This document shows, one piece after another, positions 39,970 to 49,710 of a stretch of DNA of 64,000 nucleotides. The stretch lies in assembly GCA_031362565.1 (NCBI GenBank), contig JANLSU010000039.1, positions 128,001-192,000 on the forward strand, in the 5' to 3' direction. The position numbers and the translations under genes are program-made. The stretch is from a bacterium (GTDB lineage: Bacteria; Krumholzibacteriota; Krumholzibacteriia; G020349025). The notes beneath the pieces were generated by a model, which saw only the letters and a list, made by a program, of their open reading frames with translations, was not told the origin of the DNA and searched no databases. Each line of letters starts with the position of its first letter. Position 1 is the first letter of the stretch.

Positions 39970-41310
39970 TCAGTCGGTGATGCGGGTGACCGTGAGGTGA
40001 GCGTGCGCGTCGACCGCGGCGCGCGCCGCGCTCGCGCCGGCGCCGCCCGAGCTCAGCTGGTGGCGGTGGACCGCCCACCACTGCGCGGCTCGGGCGTTCG
40101 TCCAGCGGCCGGCTGCGGCGCAAGCGCGAAGACGCTCGCGTAGCTCGTGCGCCGAGGCCGGGCGATCCTCCGGGCGCTTGGCGAGTCAGGCGAGGAACAC
40201 GGCCTCGAGATCCGGCGACACGGGCGCGCCAAGCCGGGTGGATGGAAGATCGGGTACCGAATGCAGGTGATGACCGAACTTCTCGACGATCGAGTTGCCG
40301 CCGAAGACGTGCGTGCCGGTCAGCAGCCAGTACCCGACCGCGCCGAGCGCGTAGAGATCCGCTCGCGCGTCCACCTTGTCCGGTGCGGTCACCGTCTCGG
40401 GCGCCATATAGAGCGGCGTCCCGGTGATCGTGTCGGCCACGGGTGAGTGCGGGCTCGGACGCCGCCTTGACGCCGACGTCCTTCACCAGTCCGAAGTCGA
40501 CCACCTTCACCAGGTCGGCGATGCCGCCACGATCGACGACCAGGATGTTGCCGGGCTTGATGTCGCGATGAATGAGCCCGGCGTCGTGCGCCTCGGCGAG
40601 CGATCCCGCAGCTTGTTCCAAGAGGTGGATGACGCGCTCCTCCGGCTGCGGACCATCGACCTCGACGATCTCCTGGAGCGAGGCACCTTCCAGAAGCTCC
40701 ATGGCGTAGTAGAAGACACCGTCTGTCGTGCGCCCGTAGTCGAAGACGGTCACGGTGTTGGGATGAGTGAGCATCGCGGTCCGCCGGACCTCGCGCTCGA
40801 AGCGGATCAGCGCGTCATTTCCGGCCCGGTCGGGCAAGAGCAGCTTGATGGCAGTGGGCCGGCGCAGCATCGCGTGCGAGGCGCGATAGACCACTCCCAT
40901 CCCGCCTTCGCCGAGCTTCTCCTCGAGCGTGTACTGCCCGAGCCGCCGGATGTCGCTCACCGCCTTGCGCAGGCCATAGATCGTCTGCGAAAAGCCGGCC
41001 GCCATGGCCACCGCGATCCCCCACCAGACGGCGCTGACAATCGTCGCCGGGTAGGCCATGTCGCCCACCCGGCCCTTGGGCCAGATGGCCGCGAGCGGAT
41101 CATAGAGCGCGGGATCCCACGCCCGGTATGCGACGAAGATGCAGCCGAGCAGCGGCACCGTCATCAGCGCGGCGACCAGCAGCGTGCGGCGCGCCGTGGA
41201 CGGTACATAGACCGCATACACCAACAGCATGAACGTCAGTGCGCTTCGCACCACATTGTGCGGTTCCGCGGTCAGGGGCATGACCAGCGCCATGCTCGAG
41301 AAGGCGCGCA
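39970..41310 (-). pseudogene. Membrane-anchored Hanks-type Ser/Thr kinase pseudogene (5' truncated, frameshift, nonsense)
   Basis: LGEGGMGVVY, AIKLL, HRDIKPGN and DFGLVK are in one frame. GTPLYMAPE and DLYALG continue in another after an extra base near 40441-40443. TGA at 40186-40188 replaces the Cys expected in ACLAKxPEDRP. The natural stop is at 39970-39972. Confidence 0.88.
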
Positions 41311-41948
41311 CCATCCCGGCCGCATCGCGCGTCTTCCATCGCCACCGGCTGGACTTCTGCTGCGGCGGTAATCGCAGCCTGGCAGATGTCTGCGCAGACA
41401 AGTCTATCGCCCCGCAGGACCTCATCGCTGAAATCGAAGCGGAAAAGCCGGCGGACGCGCCGGATGTGCGTTGGGACCTGCAGTCCCCTGAAGCACTCGT
41501 CGAGCACATCCTGAAGGTGTATCACGAGCCGCTGCGGCCCGAGCTCGATCGCCTGTTGCAGATGGCGCGCAAGGTCGAACGCGTGCATGGCGACAAGGCC
41601 ACGTGTCCCCGTGGTCTCGCCGCGCATCTCGCCGCGATGCAGGTCGCGGTCGACGAGCACCTCGAGAAGGAAGAGAAGATCCTCTTCCCGATGATTCTCG
41701 CCGGCCAGCGCGGCATCGTCTCCATGCCCATCCAAGTCATGGTGCAGGAACACGACGACCACGGCGCGAGCTTGCGCCGAACGCGCCAACTCACCGACGA
41801 CCTGCATATTCCTAGCGAAGCTTGCACGACGTGGCATGCGCTGTATGTCGGGCTCGAACGGTTCGAACAAGACCTCATGGATCACATTCACCTGGAAAAC
41901 AACGTGCTGTTTCCCATGGTGCTGAACGAGTCAACCAGCAGGGTGTGA
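41280..41948 (+). CDS. ric: Iron-sulfur cluster repair di-iron protein (Ric/YtfE/ScdA); N-terminus atypical, start uncertain (41280 or 41292)
   Basis: DFCCGG motif; hemerythrin-like ligands YHE, HLEKEE.ILFP, EHDDHG, HIHLENNVLFP. Confidence 0.9.
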   Translation: MTSAMLEKARTIPAASRVFHRHRLDFCCGGNRSLADVCADKSIAPQDLIAEIEAEKPADAPDVRWDLQSPEALVEHILKVYHEPLRPELDRLLQMARKVERVHGDKATCPRGLAAHLAAMQVAVDEHLEKEEKILFPMILAGQRGIVSMPIQVMVQEHDDHGASLRRTRQLTDDLHIPSEACTTWHALYVGLERFEQDLMDHIHLENNVLFPMVLNESTSRV

Positions 41949-42373
41949 GATCGATCGATCTGCTCCTTGCCGGTCGGTGAGCCGCCTGGAGCGAAACCGC
42001 CGGTCGTGCCGCGCATCCCCCGCGCCGCGCGGCCAGCGCAATCATTCGGGAACAGCCGACCCAGTAAGTCCGATGAATCTATTCCGCGGTCAGTGAATCT
42101 CTCCACAGTCTGTTAGTGCGTGCATGTACGCCCAGCGCGGGTTTGCGGCACGCTTTGTGTTGACGCTTGTTTGTCGCCGGTGTAAGAGTACGAACTTGTC
42201 ACAGCAATTCGGAGCGGCGTGCATTGCGGCACCGTTCGCATCTGGCGTCGTGCCCGACGGGATGGATCCCTGCGATGGTGGGTAGCCTTGTGTTTTCCCA
42301 AGTTCGTTGCCAGCTCGATCGCCCGTCGCGCGCAGCACTCGGGCCGTCGGCGCGTGTATTCGCTCGACGATTT

Positions 42374-42805
42374 TCAGGCTTCAACAACGTGCCGTGGCCG
42401 GCACCGGATCATTGAAGGAGAACATCCGGCGAAATGCTCTGTCGATGCCATGGCATCGGCTTTGGTCATGTGTACCGTGCCCATTGCGTGCTCCGGCGGT
42501 GCATACAGCGTATAGAGCTTCATCGGCTTGCTGTCGGTGTTCTTGATGTTGTGCCGTGCACCGGCGGGAACGACGACGGCGAAGTCGCTCGAGATCTTCG
42601 TCTTGTGGCCGTCGATCCAGACCTCGCCCTTGCCCGTCTCGATTCTGAAGAACTGGTCACGGTCGGGATGGACCTCCTCGCCAATCTCCTCGCCCGGGGG
42701 GATCGCCATGACCACGAGTTGCATCTGCTTGCCGGTGTACAGCACTCGCCGGAAGTCCGAATTGTCCTCAGTGCTTTTTTCGATGTTGTCCACGAACCCT
42801 CTCAT
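42374..42805 (-). CDS. Cupin domain protein (143 aa)
   Basis: GAGGAG RBS; NSDFRRVLYTG..MQLV, EIGEEVH...DQFFRIE.G, VPAGARHN, KLYTLYAPPEH. Confidence 0.9.
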   Translation of the reverse strand: MRGFVDNIEKSTEDNSDFRRVLYTGKQMQLVVMAIPPGEEIGEEVHPDRDQFFRIETGKGEVWIDGHKTKISSDFAVVVPAGARHNIKNTDSKPMKLYTLYAPPEHAMGTVHMTKADAMASTEHFAGCSPSMIRCRPRHVVEA

Positions 42806-42954
42806 GACCGTCTCCTCTCCCTTCAAGCGGTTGGACCCCTTGCTCTGGGAACGTGCGGTTCGCAACGGATGCGATCAATCACCCCCAGGCGTGTCCCCTG
42901 ATGGTCGGCGGCGTGGACCGCTCGGTATTGCGATGGGGCCGCGCTGAGCCGAGA

Positions 42955-43428
42955 TCAGGCGCGAACCCCCATCGTCAGCGGTACCACCCGGGGCTCGACA
43001 ATCCGCCGAAAATCGCCGCACTGCATCCGAATCAGCTCGTGATGCGTCCCGGCGTTGAAGGTGATTTCACGGCTGTCACAGAGATGGTCGTCGAGGTACA
43101 CCGGCATGCCGTAGAGGTTGCCGAACGGCGGCATGGCACCGGCTTCGCACTCCGGGAAATGGGCCGCGAAATCGGTCTCGTTCGCGAGCTCCGCTCGCTG
43201 CGCTCCGGTCACTTCCCGCACCAAAGAGAGATCGACCTTTACCGACGCCGGCACGACGGCGAGCGCCAACCGTCCATCCAGTTTCACGACCACCGACTTC
43301 GCGAAGTCCTTGCCACGCACATGCGCCGCCGCGGCGATTTCTTGGGCGGTGAACGCCGGCGAGTGAATGACCGTGACGTACTTGACGCCCTGATCGTTCA
43401 GGAATTGCTTGATTCGCCTGGTGGGCAT
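42955..43428 (-). CDS. YbaK/ProX-family aminoacyl-tRNA deacylase-like protein (157 aa)
   Basis: H.PAFTAQE.A, AKSVV, FPECEAGAMPPFG, FNAGTH. Confidence 0.9.
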   Translation of the reverse strand: MPTRRIKQFLNDQGVKYVTVIHSPAFTAQEIAAAAHVRGKDFAKSVVVKLDGRLALAVVPASVKVDLSLVREVTGAQRAELANETDFAAHFPECEAGAMPPFGNLYGMPVYLDDHLCDSREITFNAGTHHELIRMQCGDFRRIVEPRVVPLTMGVRA

Positions 43429-43572
43429 GACAGCCCCCTTTTCTCGGCAGGGGAGCGTCCGGCCGCGGGCGCGGGCCTGCTTCCCTACCCCGCTCGAAGA
43501 TCGGCACGGGACGCGCGACGGGGAAGAGGCAAAATCACGCCACCAATATCAACTTCGGAGTCCGCATGACAG

Positions 43573-44427
43573 TTAGCGGGCGTGGCCGAGGTAGAAGCCG
43601 AGGACGCCGAGGAGCATGTCGATCTTGAGGATCCAGTTGACCCGCAACAGGTTGTTGGGGCTCGAGTCGCGGAACATGAGCAACGCGGCAACGATGAGCA
43701 GCGGAATGACGCCGAAGGCGTACACGAAGAGATAGCGCGAGCCGTAGAGTTGCAACATGTAGGGCCACGGTACCGCGACCGCGAACAGCATGAAGAAACC
43801 CAACGCCACAGTGAGCGCGCGGCGGGCGCCCCACTCGTGGGCCAACGTGGTCGCACCGCAGGCGCCGTCCCCGGACAGGTCTTCCACATCCTTGACGATT
43901 TCGCGGCCCATGATGAACAGAAAGGCCAACCCGGCGGGCACGACCGCCGCAGCGGGCCGGCCGGCGAGCCAGGCGCCGAGGCCGAAACCCGAGCTCGAGA
44001 CCGCGCTCACCATGAGATTGCCCTGCAGAAACCGGGTTTTGAGGCGGGCGCTGTAGACGAACAGGCATGCCGACCACAGAACGACGGCAATCAACACGCG
44101 CGGATCCGCGGCGAGCCCGACGCCGAGGGCGAACACGGTGAGCACCCAGTAATAGCGCCACGATTCATCGCGCGTCATCCGCCCGGACGGAATCGGCCGC
44201 CGCGGCTTGTTGATGCGGTCGATGTCGGCATCGAAGTAGTCGTTCACGACGTTGCCCGCTGCGGCCACCAGGGTGCCGGCGAGAGTCGCGAGCCCGATGC
44301 GCAGCACGGGAACCGCGCCGCCGGCGACGGCCGAGCCCACGAGAATGGTCAACGCGGCGACCGCCAAGTTGTGGGGCCGCGTGATCTCGACGCGATTCCA
44401 TAGAAAACGCACAGCGCGCGGGCTCAT
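43573..44427 (-). CDS. UbiA-family prenyltransferase, DGGGP-synthase-like (284 aa)
   Basis: TRPHN, NDYFDADIDRINKPRRPIPSG, YSARLK...GN, GREIVKDVEDLSGD...TLA, multiple TM helices. Confidence 0.88.
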   Translation of the reverse strand: MSPRAVRFLWNRVEITRPHNLAVAALTILVGSAVAGGAVPVLRIGLATLAGTLVAAAGNVVNDYFDADIDRINKPRRPIPSGRMTRDESWRYYWVLTVFALGVGLAADPRVLIAVVLWSACLFVYSARLKTRFLQGNLMVSAVSSSGFGLGAWLAGRPAAAVVPAGLAFLFIMGREIVKDVEDLSGDGACGATTLAHEWGARRALTVALGFFMLFAVAVPWPYMLQLYGSRYLFVYAFGVIPLLIVAALLMFRDSSPNNLLRVNWILKIDMLLGVLGFYLGHAR

Positions 44428-44515
44428 GGCGGGCATCGTATCAGAAGGCGGGTCGAAACGCGCGCCGTCAGTTCGTGCGCTGGCAAGGGTGTGCTGAGGG
44501 CCGGCACGCGAGCGG

Positions 44516-46042
44516 TCACAGATCGAGACGCAGGCCGGTTTCGGCCCGCCACTCGCGCCGGTCCGGTCCATCCTGCAAGCCGATGCCGGCATCGAACTCG
44601 ATGTGCCGGCCGTACCGCAGGCTGCCACCTGCTGCGTAGTCGTTGCTGCGCCGCACGTCGCCGCTCGGAAACGCCAACCGAAACGCCGTGCCGGGTTGCC
44701 ACGTGGTGAGATCGCGATTGCCGTCGCCGCGCCGTTCGCGCGCCCATCGCAGCCACAGCTTGCGGCGCGCATCGGGGGTCCATTCGGCACCCGCGGTCCA
44801 GCGATCGGCGTCCGGACCGAGTGCGGTGCCCAAGAACGGATCGCCACCCGCCGGGTCACCGTTCCCGGCCATGTAGTACGCCGTCGCCAAACGATGCGTG
44901 AACGTCCAACGTGAGACGCGTGCATACGTCAAGCGCAGGTCGAGCGCGCCACCGCCGGCTTGGACGGCATGGGTCGCACCGGCGCGCCAGCCGATCTTCT
45001 GCGGCGCCGGGTCGCCGTCGTAGATGAAGTCGTCGACGAGAAGTTCAGCGTCGAACACCGCCCACGGCGAACCCACTTTGATGTCGCCGCCCAGCAGCAC
45101 ATTGTCGTCGGCGCGCTCGTTGAACTGATTGCCGTAGTAGAACGAGATCGGGAACAGATAGGTGGGATCGAAGTGCGGGCTTTGGAAAACCGCCGCTTCC
45201 TGCACCCCGACGGCCACCGGCCCCATTGTGATGTCGAGCCGGTGCGCGGCGTAGTAGCGATTGCGGCTCGAGGCCAGCATCGCTGCCACACTCGACAGCT
45301 CGAACCGTCCGAGATGCAGGCGCAGCGTCAGCGCGTCGAGCGACAAACCGGCATCGCTCACCAACATCTCCTCGCCGCGCCGGGCGCCCCACGCGACATA
45401 GTCGCGGCCGAACGACGCCCGCAACGGGCCTTGTTCGAGCGCCACGTACGAACGATCGTTGTCCGACGTCAGGCCGTGCCAGTTGCGTTCGCGGGACGAG
45501 ATCCGATTCTCGCCGACGCGCCGGCCCGTTTCGTTTTCGACCGCCACCGCGTATCGCGTCTCGTAGACGAAGTTGTCGCCGTAGCGCACCGTGGTTTCGA
45601 AGCGCCCGAACCCGCGCCCTTGGCGCGGATCGCCGGCGCCACGGAACGCCTGTCCGACGGCATGCAGATCCGCGTCCGCCGCTGCCCGCCACGCACCGTC
45701 GCCGATCGTGCCCACCGGCGGATCGTCGCGTTCCGCCCAGAGACTGTCGCCGGTGACAAATTCGGTTTCGAGGCGCGTCAAACGCCGGCGCTCGGCGGCA
45801 CCGAACGGCGCCGCGCAATCGTCGAGCGCCAGAACCCACTTGCGTACTTGGGTGCGCGTGTAGGGGCGCGCCGCCGGCAAATGCAGCAGCCCACGGGCTT
45901 CGAAATGCTCGAGTTCGGAATAGGCCCAGTGGCCGGGCGGCAAGCCTTCCGGACTTGCGGTCGCAAGGCGCGGCAAAACGATGAGAAGGAATGCAACGAG
46001 AGCGACCGCGGCCGATTCAGCCGCCGTGCGCCGCCGCGGCAA
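44516..46042 (-). CDS. Capsule assembly Wzi-like outer-membrane protein (start uncertain)
   Basis: Signal peptide, HWAY..LE....G...RPYTR helical start, FGRDYVAWG, AAHRL, NVLLGGD, ELLVDD, LGPDAD, C-terminal strand ETGLRLDL. Confidence 0.75.
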   Translation of the reverse strand: MPRRRTAAESAAVALVAFLLIVLPRLATASPEGLPPGHWAYSELEHFEARGLLHLPAARPYTRTQVRKWVLALDDCAAPFGAAERRRLTRLETEFVTGDSLWAERDDPPVGTIGDGAWRAAADADLHAVGQAFRGAGDPRQGRGFGRFETTVRYGDNFVYETRYAVAVENETGRRVGENRISSRERNWHGLTSDNDRSYVALEQGPLRASFGRDYVAWGARRGEEMLVSDAGLSLDALTLRLHLGRFELSSVAAMLASSRNRYYAAHRLDITMGPVAVGVQEAAVFQSPHFDPTYLFPISFYYGNQFNERADDNVLLGGDIKVGSPWAVFDAELLVDDFIYDGDPAPQKIGWRAGATHAVQAGGGALDLRLTYARVSRWTFTHRLATAYYMAGNGDPAGGDPFLGTALGPDADRWTAGAEWTPDARRKLWLRWARERRGDGNRDLTTWQPGTAFRLAFPSGDVRRSNDYAAGGSLRYGRHIEFDAGIGLQDGPDRREWRAETGLRLDL

Positions 46043-46805
46043 AAGTCGTGAGGTGAGCGTTGAAGAGTTCTCCGAGCCGCGGGTCGGCGCGATGTTCGTG
46101 CACCCAATCGAGCAACGCACTGCCCACCACCACCCCATCCGCATAGGTGCAAACCTCGCGCACGTGTTCCGGCGTCGAGATCCCAAATCCCACGACCACC
46201 GGCCGCGCCGTCACGGCGCGCACCCGTTCGACCGTCGAGCGTGCCGCGGCAGCAACCGCACTTCGCGCCCCGGTCGTACCGGCGAGTGCGACGCAGTACA
46301 CGAAGCCGGTCGCGGCGGCCGCGATGCGCGCGATCCGTTCCGGTGCGGTCGTCGGCGCCACCAGCTGGACCATCGCGAGCCCTGCCGCAGCTGCCATGGC
46401 CGCCATTTCCAAACCCTCGTCGGCGGGTAGATCGGTCAGGAGCAGCGCCGCGACTCCCGCCGCGCGCGCCCGCCGCATGAACGGTTCGACTCCGTACGCC
46501 AGCACCGGGTTCAGATAGGTCATCAGAACCACCGGCGGATGCTCACGTTCGGCCCCGAGCAGGTCGAACAGCACATCGGAGTGCATGCCCTGGGCCAGGG
46601 CGATCTCGGAAGCCCGGCAAACGGTTGGACCGTCGGCGACGGGGTCCGAAAACGGCAAGCCGATCTCGATGCAGTCGGATGGACTGCAAGCCCGCAAAAG
46701 AGTTTGGAAACGCGCCGCGTCGGGATATCCCGCCGTCAGGAACGGAATGAATGCCTTCGCGCCTCGGGCGTGAAGCGCATCGAAGCGCTCGATGAGGGGA
46801 TTCAT
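46017..46805 (-). CDS. trpA: Tryptophan synthase alpha chain
   Basis: FIPFLTAGYPD, IEIGLPFSDPVADGP, LMTYLNP, GFVY....GTTG, VGFGIS, ADGVVVGSA. Confidence 0.96.
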   Translation of the reverse strand: MNPLIERFDALHARGAKAFIPFLTAGYPDAARFQTLLRACSPSDCIEIGLPFSDPVADGPTVCRASEIALAQGMHSDVLFDLLGAEREHPPVVLMTYLNPVLAYGVEPFMRRARAAGVAALLLTDLPADEGLEMAAMAAAAGLAMVQLVAPTTAPERIARIAAAATGFVYCVALAGTTGARSAVAAAARSTVERVRAVTARPVVVGFGISTPEHVREVCTYADGVVVGSALLDWVHEHRADPRLGELFNAHLTTFAAAAHGG

Positions 46806-46812
46806 GGATGCC

Positions 46813-47979
46813 TCAGTCTTCACGCCACGGCTGCGCGCCGGCGCGACGGGCCGGCCGCTCGGAACTCAGGTCGGCACGCCGGTATGCCGCCGTCGCCCGT
46901 TCCCGATCCCCGAGTTTATCCCAGCAGATGCCCAGCAGGTGATGGGCGCGCGTATGTTCCGGCCGGCGCGCCACCAAATCCTCGAGCACCTGCACGGCGC
47001 GCCGCGGGACGTCCATGGCGTTGTAGCACGAGCCGAGGGCATAGAGGAGGCGCGGCGCCGGTGGCGCCCGGCGGACGAGCGGTTCCAAACAGCGCACGGC
47101 GCGCTCGTGCTGGCCTTTGCGCAACAGGCACAGTCCGGTGAAGTACAACGCATCGGCGTGGTCCGGCAAGAGTGCCAGCACCTGGCGGAACTCGGCGAGC
47201 GCCGCATCGTGACGGCCGAGCTGCACGTACACGGCGCCCAGGTTGTAGCGGCCTTCGACACTGTCCGGCACGCGGCCGAGCCCGGCCTCGAAGCACATGA
47301 CCGCGTCATTCCAACGGCCCGCATCGGCGTGCATCGCGCCGCAATTGAACTGGATGTCGGCCACGTCCGGCGCGAGACGTGCGGCACGTTCGAGTTCGCG
47401 TTCGGCGGCCTCCCGGTCACCCTTGCGGTCGAGCACCAGGCCGAGTTGGGCATGCGCCCGGGCGTCGCCCGCGTCGAGCGTCACGGCGCGCCGCAACGCC
47501 GCTTCGGCAGCGTCGGTCTCGTCACAGCGCTCGAGCAACACGGCAAGCCGCACCGGCGGCGTGCGGGCCTCGGCGCCGGCGGCGCGCGCTGCCGCCAAGT
47601 GGGTCCGGGCGGCTGCGGCATCGCCATTCACAGCGCAAAGAATCCCCAGTTCGACGCGCGGGTTCGGATCCTCCGGCTCGAGCAGGAGCCAGCGCATGAA
47701 ACAGCGTTCGGCGAGCGTCACGGCGCCGAGCTGGCGCAAGAGCGCTCCGACCCAGGCGAGATTTTCATCGCCGGTACGCTCCCAGAACGCGATCGCCGCC
47801 CGCACCGCGCGCGGCCGTTCGCCGCGGCGCACGAATGCGTCGCACAGCGCCTCGAGCATGCCGGCGTCGCCCGGGTGTGCACGGGCTGCGGCGCGCAGGG
47901 CGCGGATCTCTGGATCGATTGCAATTGGAACGCGATACGGCCAGGAGGTCCAGGATCGCTCGAAACGCGCCGCGGGCAT
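46813..47979 (-). CDS. Tetratricopeptide repeat protein (388 aa)
   Basis: About 8-9 TPRs (e.g. ARAHAQLGLVL, EGRYNLGAVY, DALYFTGLCL, RAHHLLGICWDKLG); GGAG RBS. Confidence 0.88.
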   Translation of the reverse strand: MPAARFERSWTSWPYRVPIAIDPEIRALRAAARAHPGDAGMLEALCDAFVRRGERPRAVRAAIAFWERTGDENLAWVGALLRQLGAVTLAERCFMRWLLLEPEDPNPRVELGILCAVNGDAAAARTHLAAARAAGAEARTPPVRLAVLLERCDETDAAEAALRRAVTLDAGDARAHAQLGLVLDRKGDREAAERELERAARLAPDVADIQFNCGAMHADAGRWNDAVMCFEAGLGRVPDSVEGRYNLGAVYVQLGRHDAALAEFRQVLALLPDHADALYFTGLCLLRKGQHERAVRCLEPLVRRAPPAPRLLYALGSCYNAMDVPRRAVQVLEDLVARRPEHTRAHHLLGICWDKLGDRERATAAYRRADLSSERPARRAGAQPWRED

Positions 47980-48055
47980 ACTCGTCTCCGTTCGACCGCG
48001 CACGGGCGCTGCGAGCGCCGGGCGGGCCGCCGTGCGGCTCGGCTCGCGGATCCGC

Positions 48056-48421
48056 CTACGCGACCGGGCGTGCGGTCAGCACCTCGCGCACCTTTGTCTT
48101 GAGCTCGGCAGTGTCGCCGCTCTTGACCAAGTACGCGTCCGCCAACCAGGACGAGAAATCGTCCTTGTAGGTCGAGTAGCCGGAGTTGAGGATCACCGAG
48201 ATCGACGGCCGGATCTCCATCATGTGGCGCAGAAAATCGAGACCGTTTTCCTGCTCCAGCTTGATGTCGAGAATCACGAGATCCGGAGCCAAGTTCCGCA
48301 GAATGCTTAGGGCTTCGGCCCCACTCCCCGCCGTCGTCACCTCGTAGCCCTCGTCCTCGAGCTCGCTCTTATACAACTTCCGGATGTTGACCTCGTCGTC
48401 AACCACCAGAACTCGCGACAT
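48056..48421 (-). CDS. Single-domain response regulator (121 aa)
   Basis: VLVVDDE, DLVILDI, ILNSGYS, AYLVKS; AAGGAG RBS; upstream TTGACG-N18-TAGTCT. Confidence 0.93.
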   Translation of the reverse strand: MSRVLVVDDEVNIRKLYKSELEDEGYEVTTAGSGAEALSILRNLAPDLVILDIKLEQENGLDFLRHMMEIRPSISVILNSGYSTYKDDFSSWLADAYLVKSGDTAELKTKVREVLTARPVA

Positions 48422-48489
48422 TGCGGACTCCTTTGCGAGCAGACTAGACCGAAGCCAAAACGGGCGTCAACTCGAGATCACACTTTTTT

Positions 48490-49710
48490 TCAGGGTTCGA
48501 CGCGGATGTCGAGCACGATCCGAATCGTGCCGCCGGGCCGGAGTTCGGACCGCGGCACGCTGATCGTGACTTGCTGGGTGCGCGTCGGCGCGGGTCCCGT
48601 GACACCGCGGCCGCCCGCTGCGAGCCCCGGCTCCGCCTTGCGGAGCGGGTCCTTGATGAATCCCGTCTGCAGCACGGGTTCGCTGTCGGTTTCGGCGTCG
48701 GCGCCGAGGTCGATCACGTGCCCATAGGTCGCGTAGTCACCGGCAACGCCAGGGGCCAACTCGGGGTCCGCCACCGACTCGAATTGCGGCCCGGCGGAAA
48801 CCGGTTCGAAATTCGGCGCGGCAACCGGCGCCGCTGCCACTTGCGGGACGGTCCGAACGGGCGGCGGCGCGGTCGCAACCGGGGCACCAGCGCCGGCGCT
48901 AGCCGGAAACCCGGCTGGTTCGAGCGGCGGGGCACGTCGTATGGGTGGTTCCGTTGCACTGCGCAAAGGCGCCGCGCTCGGTACGGGGCGCGGTGCCGGT
49001 GCCGGTGCCGCTGGACGGGGCGCCGTCGGCGCCACCGAACGGGCGGCCGGCGGGTTTGCAACCGCCACCGCGGCCGGCGCCTGCGGCGCCGCAGCTCCCG
49101 CCGCCGGGCGGCCGGCGCCGGGACGCAAGTCGTTCATGAGCCGTTGGAAGAGCAGGCGCGAGACCGCGTGCAAGGTCTCGTAAACACCCTGGCCGCTCGC
49201 GGCCGCGGCTTCGAAGCGCGGCACCGCGTGCGGGTTGAGTCCCGCGTCCAGTTCTTCGAGCGAGTAGACCTGCGGCAGGTCCCGCTTGTTGTATTGCAGC
49301 ACGAACGGCAGCGTGTCGAGCGACAGGCCCTGCTCGCGCAGGTTTTCGTCGAGGTTGTGCAGCGACTCGCGGTTGTCGTCCATCTTGCCGAGACCGCTGT
49401 CGGCCACGAACACCACCGCGTCAGCGCCCTTCAGAACCAGCTTGCGGGTGGCGTTGTAGAACACCTGCCCCGGCACGGTGTAGAGCAGGAAGCGGGTCCG
49501 GAACCCATGCACTTCTCCGAGTTCCAACGGCAGGAAGTCGAAGAAGAGGGTGCGGTCCTGGCGAGTCTTCATCGACACCATCTTGCCGCGCGACTGCTGC
49601 GGCACACTGGCGTAGATGCACTCGAGGTTGGTGGTTTTCCCCGACAGCCCCGGGCCGTAATAGACGATCTTGGCGTTGATCTCTCGCCCGGCGTAGTTGA
49701 TGAGCACCAT
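48490..49710 (-). CDS. mglA: MglA-family small GTPase with long Pro/Ala-rich C-terminal extension (406 aa)
   Basis: KIVYYGPGLSGKTTNL, DRTLFFDF, YTVPGQVFYNATRKLVLKGAD, YNKRDL; about 200 extra residues ending VTISVPRSELRPGGTIRIVLDIRVEP. Confidence 0.92.
   Translation of the reverse strand: MVLINYAGREINAKIVYYGPGLSGKTTNLECIYASVPQQSRGKMVSMKTRQDRTLFFDFLPLELGEVHGFRTRFLLYTVPGQVFYNATRKLVLKGADAVVFVADSGLGKMDDNRESLHNLDENLREQGLSLDTLPFVLQYNKRDLPQVYSLEELDAGLNPHAVPRFEAAAASGQGVYETLHAVSRLLFQRLMNDLRPGAGRPAAGAAAPQAPAAVAVANPPAARSVAPTAPRPAAPAPAPRPVPSAAPLRSATEPPIRRAPPLEPAGFPASAGAGAPVATAPPPVRTVPQVAAAPVAAPNFEPVSAGPQFESVADPELAPGVAGDYATYGHVIDLGADAETDSEPVLQTGFIKDPLRKAEPGLAAGGRGVTGPAPTRTQQVTISVPRSELRPGGTIRIVLDIRVEP

Noticed and set aside
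40186..40188. In-frame TGA at a Cys position in the kinase as possible selenocysteine or recoding
   Set aside because: The same gene also has a frameshift and a 5' truncation, and TGA is used as a normal stop throughout the window, so a nonsense mutation is the simpler reading.
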